NCBI GenBank assembly: GCA_043825875.1
Contig: JBDRRF010000024.1
Location: 1 to 64,000, forward strand
Source of the DNA: Pseudomonadota bacterium
Lineage (GTDB): Bacteria; Desulfobacterota; Desulfobacteria; Desulfobacterales; RPRI01
Length of the DNA: 64,000 nt
Direction of reading: 5' to 3'
Shown here in pieces: positions 50,674-59,545 of this stretch; position 1 is the first letter of the stretch, and each line of letters begins with the position of its first letter. Below the pieces are notes generated by a model. That model was given only the letters and a program-made list of their open reading frames with translations. It was not told where the DNA came from and did not search any database. The position numbers and the translations under genes are program-made.

Positions 50674-50987
50674 TGGACGTTCGATTTACCGATACTTTTT
50701 TAGATTCCTTGAAGAAACATGCTTCTCTAAAGAGCGCTGTTCAAAAAAAAGTAGATATGATCATGATGAATCCGGTTCAGATAGGAGAGCCGCTGAAGGG
50801 TAATTTCAGGGGTTATTACAGTTGTTCAGTAAAAAAAAATTTCATTATCATTTACCTGTACTGCATGATTTGCCGCAGGAAAAAAGATCAGGAAATAGTA
50901 CTTTGTCATGATTGTGTAACATGCGGGGACGAAACTATTAAATTTATTGCGCTTGGTCCTCATGACAAAACTTATTGGAAAAGATAG
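50673..50987 (+). CDS. RelE/ParE-family toxin with a Cys-rich insert
   Basis: VRFTDTFLDSLKK...GEPLKGNFRGYYS...IIIY...ALGPHD; CxxC...CxxCxxC. Confidence 0.82.
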   Translation: MDVRFTDTFLDSLKKHASLKSAVQKKVDMIMMNPVQIGEPLKGNFRGYYSCSVKKNFIIIYLYCMICRRKKDQEIVLCHDCVTCGDETIKFIALGPHDKTYWKR

Positions 50988-51105
50988 AAATTATACTTGC
51001 AAACTAATGTGATTAGTTCCATTTTGCGAACCCATCAGGCAACGTAAAATGCCTCAAATCTAACATATAAATCATAATATACCAAATAGTTATATGTATT
51101 AATCA

Positions 51106-51153
51106 AAATTTATGGAATTGCAATCCAAATATTTTGACAAATTTATGGAATTG
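51106..51153 (+). promoter_or_regulatory. 15-bp direct repeat overlapping the promoter of the ATPase gene
   Basis: AAATTTATGGAATTG at 51106 and 51139; TTGACA at 51134. Confidence 0.6.
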
Positions 51154-51168
51154 ATGTAATGACTGAAT

Positions 51169-52293
51169 ATGATCAAACGAAAGTATGACATTGCCGAATT
51201 TATTAAACCCCAAAAGGTTCTGGTAATCTTTGGTCCAAGGCGGGTGGGTAAGACCACCTTGCTAAATGATTTCTTATCCCGCACCACCCTGAAATTCAAA
51301 CTTGATTCCGGTGATAATATTCAAATCCAGCAGGTATTAAGCTCTCAGGATTTCAAACAGATACTTGACTATGCAGCAGGTTACGACCTCATTGCCATAG
51401 ATGAAGCCCAACAGATCCCAAACATTGGCATGGGATTGAAGATTTTGGTGGATCAAATGCCGAATTTAATCATTATTGCAACCGGATCTTCCGCTTTTGA
51501 TCTGTCAGGGGCTATCGGTGAACCTTTGACCGGCAGAAAGACCACGCTTGTCCTGTATCCCTTAGCCCAACTGGAGTTGCTTAACCATTACAATGCATTT
51601 GAGCTGAAACTTATACTTGAGGATTTTCTGATTTATGGTTCTTATCCGGAGGTCGTTACCGCTCAGGCCAGCCGGGACAAAATCGCCCTTCTGGAAGAAC
51701 TGGTAAATTCCTATCTATTAAAAGATATTCTTAAACTTGACAGGATCAAGGGGGCAAAGTTGCTTATGGATCTTTTGAAACTGCTTGCCTTTCAGATCGG
51801 CGCTCAGGTATCATTAAATGAGCTAGCCACACAGCTTCGGATTGATGTGAAAACAGTAGGGCGTTATCTGGATATCTTTGAAAAGGCATTTGTTATCAAG
51901 AGGATCGGTGGATTCAGCCGGAATCTTCGCTCGGAGGTTGTCAGCAAGGCAAAATATTATTTTCTTGATAACGGGATTCGCAATGCCGTTATTTCCCAAT
52001 TCAATTCCATTGATAACCGAAATGATATTGGCCAGTTATGGGAAAATTTTCTTGTAACGGAACGATTAAAAAAATGCGCATATCATGACCTGTACGGCTC
52101 CTTTTATTTCTGGAGAACTTACGCTGGCCAGGAATTGGACTGGGTGGAAGAGCGGGAAGGTCGCCTTTTGGGTTATGAGTTCAAATGGTCGGAAAACAAG
52201 AGAAGGAAGCAGCCCAAAGATTGGCTGAAGACCTACGGCAATGCTGAGTTCCAAACAATAAACCGGAAAAACTACGCTGAATTCATTTTATAA
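51169..52293 (+). CDS. COG1373-type ATPase (AAA_14 + wHTH + DUF4143 PD-(D/E)xK nuclease)
   Basis: GPRRVGKT, IDEAQ, TGSS, GSYPE, KYYFLDNG, ELDWVE...YEFK. Confidence 0.9.
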   Translation: MIKRKYDIAEFIKPQKVLVIFGPRRVGKTTLLNDFLSRTTLKFKLDSGDNIQIQQVLSSQDFKQILDYAAGYDLIAIDEAQQIPNIGMGLKILVDQMPNLIIIATGSSAFDLSGAIGEPLTGRKTTLVLYPLAQLELLNHYNAFELKLILEDFLIYGSYPEVVTAQASRDKIALLEELVNSYLLKDILKLDRIKGAKLLMDLLKLLAFQIGAQVSLNELATQLRIDVKTVGRYLDIFEKAFVIKRIGGFSRNLRSEVVSKAKYYFLDNGIRNAVISQFNSIDNRNDIGQLWENFLVTERLKKCAYHDLYGSFYFWRTYAGQELDWVEEREGRLLGYEFKWSENKRRKQPKDWLKTYGNAEFQTINRKNYAEFIL

Positions 52294-52445
52294 AAACCAA
52301 AGAAATTCGGAGTATGAAGAATGTCCCGGGCAACTGTGGGGTACATTTAGAAATAATAATTATTAAGAAAAATCCAAATGCGGTTACCATGGCAAAATCA
52401 TTTGTAAAAATTGATTTTATTTTGAAAGTTTGATATCATTTGACC

Positions 52446-52952
52446 ATGAAACGAGCTGGTAAAATATACATAAATCAACATGGCTTTACGGTGATCGAAC
52501 TGGTGGTTGTATTAATCCTTCTTGCCATTTTTGCAACCGTTGTTGTCAGCAGATTCGGATCAACTGGTGCGGAACTAATCACCAATACGGATATTTTAAA
52601 ATCTAATCTGCGCTATGCCCAGATCAAGGCTATGAATGATACTGAAACATGGGGTATAAATTTTTCAAGCAGTACCACATACACTCTTTACAGAAATGGA
52701 ATTAAAGCTGTAAATCCGTTTTATCTTCCTGCCGAAGACAACAATAATCCTGCCGGAGATCCTTTAATACATACACTTACAGGTAATGTAACAATTACAT
52801 CAGGTGTTGGTACAACAATATCTTTCAATGAATGGGGGACTCCTGTGGATGGTTCGGGTGTTCCTTTATCCGCAGATGTCACAATTACATTGTCAGACGG
52901 CTCGCAAACCATCGACATAACCATAACAAAAAACACGGGATGTATTCTATGA
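52446..52952 (+). CDS. Minor pilin (FimT/GspH/MshC-like)
   Basis: HG|FTVIELVVVL; LRYAQIKAM; FNEWGTP. Confidence 0.85.
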   Translation: MKRAGKIYINQHGFTVIELVVVLILLAIFATVVVSRFGSTGAELITNTDILKSNLRYAQIKAMNDTETWGINFSSSTTYTLYRNGIKAVNPFYLPAEDNNNPAGDPLIHTLTGNVTITSGVGTTISFNEWGTPVDGSGVPLSADVTITLSDGSQTIDITITKNTGCIL

Positions 52953-53707
52953 CAGCCAAAACCTATAAACAATCCGGATTTACTCTAATTGAAATTATAG
53001 TTACGGTTGTTATGGTAGCGGTATTTAGCGCCCTGATGATTACATTGTTTTCAGATTCATTGATTAAAAGCAGTGATCCGGTTAAACGATTGCGAAAATC
53101 ATCGGATTTAAGCAGAGTAATGGCTAATATTACAACCGATTACATCCCATGCCCCAAATGGAAATCTTTGACGAATTACGCTGTCGACAATAAAGTATTT
53201 CCGGTGGGAATGAACGGAAGGTTTTATATTTGTAAAAGTTCCGGAACAAGCGGTGTATCAGAACCCCTTTGGCACGATTATGGTGATACATATGACGGTA
53301 GTGCAAAATGGAAGGCCGGAACCTGGAAGTTGAGTACATCATATGCAACAGGAGATATCGTTATTCCTGCTAATCCCAATGGCCATTTGTACCGCTGTGT
53401 GACAGCCGGAACAAGCGGCGCATCAGAGCCTGGATGGACATTAACAGGTAATTCTGCAATAGGCGATGGTTCAGTACAATGGATGCGCCTTCTTGGGTAT
53501 TTGAATTTTAATATTGGAACGGCTGGAGCTGAATATACTAATAGCTACGGTAAGTATTATGTATTAATAAACAGGTTTGTCAAATTCGATGCAAGCAATA
53601 CGATTCAGCCTATTGGTGGCGGAGAGCCCGAAAATATGCTACAGGTGAAGATTAGAAATGATGAAGGTGAAACTCTGTCTGCGCTATTTACTGCTAAAGA
53701 GGAGTAA
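52949..53707 (+). CDS. Minor pilin with two Trp-rich carbohydrate-binding-like repeats
   Basis: SG|FTLIEIIV; ATGA overlap with the previous gene; two W...Y...NG..Y.C...GTSG.SEP.W...DGS..W units. Confidence 0.85.
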   Translation: MTAKTYKQSGFTLIEIIVTVVMVAVFSALMITLFSDSLIKSSDPVKRLRKSSDLSRVMANITTDYIPCPKWKSLTNYAVDNKVFPVGMNGRFYICKSSGTSGVSEPLWHDYGDTYDGSAKWKAGTWKLSTSYATGDIVIPANPNGHLYRCVTAGTSGASEPGWTLTGNSAIGDGSVQWMRLLGYLNFNIGTAGAEYTNSYGKYYVLINRFVKFDASNTIQPIGGGEPENMLQVKIRNDEGETLSALFTAKEE

Positions 53708-53712
53708 AGTTT

Positions 53713-54297
53713 TTGATTAATAAAACAGTAATTAATATTCGAGGCTTTACGCTGATTGAGATAATAACCTCTATAGCAGTACTTGCAATTATTGCTGTTG
53801 TGGCTGGAATGGGAATTTCTGAAATGACAAAAGCTTATATTATGTCAAAGAAAAATGCACAAACAGCACAGCAAGGCCAGATTGCCATTGCAAGGCTGAA
53901 AAAGGAATTTTCCTCTATCCGGTCTATTACATGCGGAAGTGATAAAAGTATTACCTATAAAATTGACAGAGACTCATCGGGAACGGAAGATACAACTACT
54001 ATTTACTGGACGAGCGGGAATAGTACTTTATATCTTAAAACAAATTCAAGTTGTGACTGTATAAGCTCATGTACGGGTGGTGATATACTTGCCGGTAATG
54101 TGAGTGCATTTGATTTGAAATATTGTACAAGTGCAGATGATACCGATTGTTCAACCAGTTTTCCAAACAGCCCGGATTACACATCCGCAACTGTGATGCT
54201 CATGAAGTTTACATTGGCATTAAAGGGTTTTGAAGATGCTGCCATACCCATAGCAAACCCTGATGTTGTTATTTTGGGCAGAGAAAGCGGGCAATAA
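53713..54297 (+). CDS. Minor pilin (PilW/GspJ/MshO-like)
   Basis: RG|FTLIEII; AIARLKKEF. Confidence 0.85.
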   Translation: MINKTVINIRGFTLIEIITSIAVLAIIAVVAGMGISEMTKAYIMSKKNAQTAQQGQIAIARLKKEFSSIRSITCGSDKSITYKIDRDSSGTEDTTTIYWTSGNSTLYLKTNSSCDCISSCTGGDILAGNVSAFDLKYCTSADDTDCSTSFPNSPDYTSATVMLMKFTLALKGFEDAAIPIANPDVVILGRESGQ

Positions 54298-54299
54298 TC

Positions 54300-55889
54300 A
54301 TGAATAAATTTAATAAGAAAGGATCTGCTCTCATATTTGTAATTGTGGGAATTACCATGGCTGCTGCGCTGGGAGTTGGCATGTTTTATATGACCACTAC
54401 CTCTACAATAGGCCAGGTGTCCGGAAGCGGCATGGATCGGGCTTATTATCTTGCAATGGCAGGCAAGTATTATGCTCTTGCTAACTGGCAGCCAAACAAT
54501 GGTGAATATATTATATCTAATACAGAGCGCTTTGATATAGATATAAATAATGAAAAAGTAACAGGCATTGTAAATAAAAATACACCCTTTGAGGCGAAAA
54601 AGGAAATAGAAATCAATTCTTTTGGTTCGTCTCCTGTTAAACGACATTTTAAAGATAGTTTTGACGATGCGGGACTCCCAAATTGGAAAACAGGCGTTGG
54701 CCCGGGTGGGGATGAAGTTGGTAGTCACGGGGTTTCCGGTGACAATGCCCTGGATGTAATATCTTCTGCTGCTGCTTTTGGTTCTGGGTCATGGAGTTTT
54801 TTGCAATTAAAGAGCGGGAGTGGCGGTGGAATTGATATTACGCCATCATGGGAGAATGCCGGATACTGCCTCAGTTATGATTTACAGGTAAAGATTAATA
54901 ATAACCAGCCAAATTATATGGCTGGTTTGAACTTCAAAATTACAGGTAGTGGGGATGGCAGGAAATTTTATGGGGTTTCATATCTTCGCGCAAGAAATTG
55001 GTGGTTTGGGGGTTCTGCTGATGGTATTACGTCAGACTTAAAACCGCCTGCCATATGGCCGGGTACGGGGAGCTTTCCATATTACTATTCACAACCTGCG
55101 ATCATTTTATGGAAAAAAGATGATAGTGGTTTCGCATGGCTTGCCTATAAAGTTTTGACAGATACTGATTTTGTTGTGGATTCATCCGGGAATCTTGTGG
55201 ATTGGTCCAATCTTCAGGTGCGTCTGATAGAAGCGTATCCTCTGGATTTTACAAATGGGGTATCTTCTCTTTTATTAAGCGGCGCAATAATAACCGGTGA
55301 AACAAGCGGTGCGAAGGCACGGATAAGCGGATCACCAATTATGACGTCTGCTACAGATGGAACGCTAACATTGGCAAATATTTGCATCCCTTGTTCCCCT
55401 GCAACCTGCCCAGCCTTTCAAAACGGTGAGAATCTATTAGTTAATAAAACAGTTTGTGGCCAGGCTTCAGGTATATTGGGAGCAAAGACAAATTTTATAA
55501 GGGTCTATTATAGTGATGAGGGAAGTCATGGCGCAAATATTAACCCCACAGATAACACCAGAGGGAGCAACCCTCGCGATGCAGCTATCCACTGGCCGGT
55601 TGAAAATATGAGCAACTGGGAGCTTGAAAATGATTATATGACTCTGTTAACATGGGATGGGATTAATGCTATTGTCAATCCGCCCGAAATATTAACGGAG
55701 CAGATAAAGGTTGACAACATACCAACATTTGCTCAATTTGATACAATTATTAAGGATGGCTCTCTTCTTACACCCACACCACCAGATTGCACTACGATAC
55801 TTCCTATTGATTATTCAGGAATAGCACTCCATGCAACCGGTACTTCTGCAGATTCTACGTATCTCGATGATTTTGCTGTTCAGTACTAA
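54300..55889 (+). CDS. PilX/MshP-like pilin fused to a large beta-rich (putative adhesin) domain
   Basis: KG|SALIFVIV (no Glu5), RAYYLAMAG; lectin-like end GIALH...YLDDFAVQY. Confidence 0.75.
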   Translation: MNKFNKKGSALIFVIVGITMAAALGVGMFYMTTTSTIGQVSGSGMDRAYYLAMAGKYYALANWQPNNGEYIISNTERFDIDINNEKVTGIVNKNTPFEAKKEIEINSFGSSPVKRHFKDSFDDAGLPNWKTGVGPGGDEVGSHGVSGDNALDVISSAAAFGSGSWSFLQLKSGSGGGIDITPSWENAGYCLSYDLQVKINNNQPNYMAGLNFKITGSGDGRKFYGVSYLRARNWWFGGSADGITSDLKPPAIWPGTGSFPYYYSQPAIILWKKDDSGFAWLAYKVLTDTDFVVDSSGNLVDWSNLQVRLIEAYPLDFTNGVSSLLLSGAIITGETSGAKARISGSPIMTSATDGTLTLANICIPCSPATCPAFQNGENLLVNKTVCGQASGILGAKTNFIRVYYSDEGSHGANINPTDNTRGSNPRDAAIHWPVENMSNWELENDYMTLLTWDGINAIVNPPEILTEQIKVDNIPTFAQFDTIIKDGSLLTPTPPDCTTILPIDYSGIALHATGTSADSTYLDDFAVQY

Positions 55890-55918
55890 ATCAAACAAGT
55901 AAATTAATGAAGATATTG

Positions 55919-56827
55919 TTATTTGCTGCAACGGTCTAACTCAATATCTTCTTCAGAAGCAGGATCTCCCAATGGTTCAAGGTGGGTAAACACGGTAACG
56001 TACATAACTTCTTTGCGGATATCTTCTTCCAGTTCCTCAAGCAGTTCGTGCCCATGCTGCACCGTCCATGTTCCGGGAACAAGAACATGTACCGAGACAA
56101 AGCATCGTGATCCGGCCTGTCTTGTTCGAAGGGCATGATAATCTATCCCCCGGTTCTTATATTTTTCCAGAACCTCTATCACACCGTTACATTTTTCATC
56201 CGGCAATGCCGAATCCATAAGGCCTAACACCGAGCGTTTGATCAGTTTATAACCCATCCAGCCTATATAAAAAGCTATGCAAAGTGCAACGATCTGATCC
56301 AGGGGCTGCCATCCGGTCAAAGCTACTGCGCTTATGCCGGTAAAGACACCTATAGAAGTCCAGACATCGGTCATGAGATGATGCGCATCTGCTTCTAAAG
56401 TAACAGAATTGTTTTTCTCTCCTGCGGAAAGCAGGATACGGGCAACCACAAAATTTATCAAAGATGCGATAGCAGTAATAATCAAGCCGATTCCTATTTC
56501 CTGAATAGGTACAGGATTGATAAAGCGATTAATGGCCATTATTGATATACTGATTGCTGCAACAAGTATCAACACGCCTTCTGCGCCGCATGCAAAATAT
56601 TCAGCTTTGCCATGACCGAAAAGATGTTCCTCATCCGGAGGGCGGGCTGCAATGGTAAGCATGGCAAGCGCTATTCCCGCTCCAAGCAGGTTAACCAATG
56701 ATTCTGCCGCATCGGATAACAAACCTACCGATCCGGTAATAAAGTATGCGCTGCTTTTTAATACGATGGTGGAAATAGCTGCTATAATAGACAGCCATGC
56801 ATATTTAGTAATTGATGAACGGGCCAT
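55919..56827 (-). CDS. Cation diffusion facilitator transporter (FieF-like)
   Basis: [39 protein letters not shown]. Confidence 0.92.
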   Translation of the reverse strand: MARSSITKYAWLSIIAAISTIVLKSSAYFITGSVGLLSDAAESLVNLLGAGIALAMLTIAARPPDEEHLFGHGKAEYFACGAEGVLILVAAISISIMAINRFINPVPIQEIGIGLIITAIASLINFVVARILLSAGEKNNSVTLEADAHHLMTDVWTSIGVFTGISAVALTGWQPLDQIVALCIAFYIGWMGYKLIKRSVLGLMDSALPDEKCNGVIEVLEKYKNRGIDYHALRTRQAGSRCFVSVHVLVPGTWTVQHGHELLEELEEDIRKEVMYVTVFTHLEPLGDPASEEDIELDRCSK

Positions 56828-56873
56828 AGATTGTTTGATCTTACCAGTTTAAGAGTTTATGAGCTTTTTAACT

Positions 56874-57260
56874 TTATTCCTTTTTATTTTTAAGCAGTGC
56901 ATCAAGGTTGGCAAACGGATTGTGAGTTAGAGACGGGCCCTGATCACTTCCTGGGTCTTCCGGGCCATACCATTGGGCATCTGTATTCCGCGAATGCTCA
57001 TTATCATGACAGTAAATGCACAAAAGCTCCCAGTTGCTGCCGTCCGGAGGGTTATTGTCATGATCATGGTCCCTGTGGTGTACGGTAAGTTCCCGAAGCT
57101 TTTTACCTGTAAATTCCCTGCCGCACTTTCCGCAAACATGCGGGAACATTTTAAGCGCTCGTTCCCTGTAAGTCTTTTCGCGAAGTTCTCTTTCGCGCAG
57201 TACTTCGGCAAGTATTTTATCGGTCCCGTCAGTATTTTTTTTATTGTTGTCAGTTGTCAT
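56874..57260 (-). CDS. yajD: YajD-family HNH nuclease
   Basis: YRERALK...CGKCGREF...ELTVHHRDHDHDNNPPDGSNWELLCIYCHDNEH. Confidence 0.9.
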   Translation of the reverse strand: MTTDNNKKNTDGTDKILAEVLRERELREKTYRERALKMFPHVCGKCGREFTGKKLRELTVHHRDHDHDNNPPDGSNWELLCIYCHDNEHSRNTDAQWYGPEDPGSDQGPSLTHNPFANLDALLKNKKE

Positions 57261-57311
57261 ATACGAATTACCCCCGTCGTTTCGTGTATATTAACTATTT
57301 CCCTTATGTCC

Positions 57312-57671
57312 TTAAATAAAATATTCAGTTTTGGCGGTTACGGTAGTCTTGATTTCATTAAGCGTATTTTGAAGCGTTGAAATAACATTTTCACGTATAT
57401 CACCTGCAACAACAAGATACATTACATCATCTCCGATTTTAAGGTCTTTATCCTCAAAAATTTCTACCAGGACTTCTACAATTCCGGGGGTTTTTTTACT
57501 TTTAGTTATTATCTCTTTTAATTTAACATGATCAACCACAACTTTAATTCCTGAAACCTTGCGGCCATCACGTGAAGTTCCTCTTACTACACCATTATGG
57601 CATAATATCATACCGGCTTTATCATAATCAGGATGTTTTTTTATTGTATCAACAAGAGAGTCTAAGCTCAT
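57312..57671 (-). CDS. moaE: MoaE-family molybdopterin synthase subunit (short form)
   Basis: GMILCHNGVVR...LKIGDDVMYLVVAGDIRE...IKTTVTAKTE. Confidence 0.75.
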   Translation of the reverse strand: MSLDSLVDTIKKHPDYDKAGMILCHNGVVRGTSRDGRKVSGIKVVVDHVKLKEIITKSKKTPGIVEVLVEIFEDKDLKIGDDVMYLVVAGDIRENVISTLQNTLNEIKTTVTAKTEYFI

Positions 57672-57851
57672 TTATCTTCTCCTTATTATTAAATATGTTT
57701 ACTAATCTTTCTACAATAGTAGCTTTATAAAGTCAAAATTAATGTACTTGCGAGGGATAAAACTATCAGTTGCACAATTTGATGGCGGATAAGTTTGCAT
57801 TCATAAGATTACAAAGTCTCGCTAAACTGAGAAGCAGATAGGCATTACCAG

Positions 57852-57865
57852 TTTGAAAGTGGCTC
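57852..57865 (+). repeat. Isolated terminal fragment of the 143-bp MITE
   Basis: TTTGAAAGTGGCTC matches the MITE end exactly (14 bp). Confidence 0.55.
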
Positions 57866-57881
57866 TATGGCTTAATTTTGA

Positions 57882-58778
57882 TTACAGTTTTTTTGGTGGA
57901 GGATCACTTGTAAGGACTTCAATTTTTTGAATCAAATATCCATTAAAAAAAGTGTCAGACCAAAGGCTTAACTCATCTTTTTGCCCTGCATTTTTTAAAA
58001 ATGGTTCAACGTCGCTTTTTGCCAGGGAAAAATCAATCCCTTTACTTTTTTCAGACATCAATTCAACAAGTTTTTCTTTGGTCAGCGTCTCTGAAAAATC
58101 AATATGGCCTGTTTGTAGCATTTTATTCTTAAGATAATGCAAGTCACATGGAATATTATTCTTCACAAACCAGATTAAATCATACCAGTCCCGGCCTTTA
58201 ATATTGGTTCTTATGGTTCGGCATAACAAAGCATGCATTTTGCCTGCAAACAAACTGGGCAAGGTCATGGTTTTAATAGTAAACGGAATTGGACGGAGAT
58301 GATATTTCAGGTCACTGGTAAACCCGATAGCCGGATCATGATCAATTTCTAATTTTATCTTCATCACAGCATTTTTATGAGTCTTCAAATTTGAATCAAT
58401 TTTTAATAAATGGACCATTGTGTTTGCTTTGATGAAAGCGGAATCGATCGTGCTTTTATTCTTCTTGTCTATTTCTTCTGTAGTAACTTCAAACCCCCAT
58501 AGTTCCAGTTCTGATTTTACCGCACCAAGATATTTTTTAATATCAAAAGCTTTTTCCGGCTGAATTAATGAAAAATCCAAATCCTCAGAAAAACGGTCCA
58601 GCTTGTGCAGAATTCGTAATGCGCTCCCACCGTAAAAAGCAGCCTTTTCATAAAATTTTGACCGCCATAAACCAAGCAAAACGATTTCCTGTATGATCTC
58701 TTTAAGCGCATTCTCATGATCATGAACCGTATGTAATTCATACCTGCTTAGCATTTGTTCAATTTTTTCATCAAACAT
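57882..58778 (-). CDS. AbiEii-family nucleotidyltransferase toxin (type IV TA)
   Basis: FYGGSALRI...RFSEDLDF, KLEID, GKMHA, KGRDWYD. Confidence 0.92.
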   Translation of the reverse strand: MFDEKIEQMLSRYELHTVHDHENALKEIIQEIVLLGLWRSKFYEKAAFYGGSALRILHKLDRFSEDLDFSLIQPEKAFDIKKYLGAVKSELELWGFEVTTEEIDKKNKSTIDSAFIKANTMVHLLKIDSNLKTHKNAVMKIKLEIDHDPAIGFTSDLKYHLRPIPFTIKTMTLPSLFAGKMHALLCRTIRTNIKGRDWYDLIWFVKNNIPCDLHYLKNKMLQTGHIDFSETLTKEKLVELMSEKSKGIDFSLAKSDVEPFLKNAGQKDELSLWSDTFFNGYLIQKIEVLTSDPPPKKL

Positions 58779-59388
58779 GATCTTCCTTTAAACAATTAAG
58801 CAGTAGTTTTATACTTTGCCTTCGATATCCGGTCTTGATTTCTTCTAATAAAGATAAATCAAGGTCTTTGTTAACACTATAATCCAATCGCATTAACTTG
58901 AGGAATTCCTTCATTTCCCTTTTCGTTGTAATATGAGTTTGCATTGCGGTCATGTCACACAGCGCCTTCTCAGGGGAAGCAATCAGAAACTTTTTTTGAT
59001 CTTCGGCATCTTCAAGCCGAACCCCAATGTTGAATACTTTTTTGGGGCAATACAAATAAGAAAATCTACCAACCGGAGTTTCAAACTGCTTCTTTCTTTT
59101 TGTTGTCATGCTGATTATCTGTTCAACACGTTCCGGTATTATGTTCCAAAATGCCAATGCGGTTTGACCGGTGATGTAAGAAGGCCCATAGATCAGATTA
59201 GCCAGGATAAACTTGTTGTAAGGCTTATTATACTCCTTGCCCAATACATAAAGTCCCTTTTTAACCCTGACGATATCCTTATCCTTGAGGAGACCCCTGA
59301 TCTTATCTCTTGGCTTTTTGTAATCCCTTAACGCGTGCAACAGCAAATTGTAATCAAATTCTGCGGGAAATTGAATCAAATTCTTCAT
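58771..59388 (-). CDS. AbiEi-family antitoxin
   Basis: IVRVKKGLY, PSYITGQTALAFW, ASPEKALCD; overlaps the toxin start. Confidence 0.88.
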   Translation of the reverse strand: MKNLIQFPAEFDYNLLLHALRDYKKPRDKIRGLLKDKDIVRVKKGLYVLGKEYNKPYNKFILANLIYGPSYITGQTALAFWNIIPERVEQIISMTTKRKKQFETPVGRFSYLYCPKKVFNIGVRLEDAEDQKKFLIASPEKALCDMTAMQTHITTKREMKEFLKLMRLDYSVNKDLDLSLLEEIKTGYRRQSIKLLLNCLKEDHV

Positions 59389-59397
59389 GATATATCA

Positions 59398-59429
59398 ACC
59401 AATATGTCTAATAAATTGGACTTACTGGT
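59398..59429. promoter_or_regulatory. Candidate AbiEi operator
   Basis: ACCAATATGTCTAAT-AA-ATTGGACTTACTGGT imperfect inverted repeat (12/15) just upstream of the start. Confidence 0.55.
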
Positions 59430-59545
59430 CTATTTTTAATTTGTTAACTGGAAATTGTCAAGGAAATTTTAACGAATTATATAGTTCCGGATACCTTTAC
59501 ATTTAGGAGGATATTCAGATTGATGAGGGGAATGTATCCGGCCTA

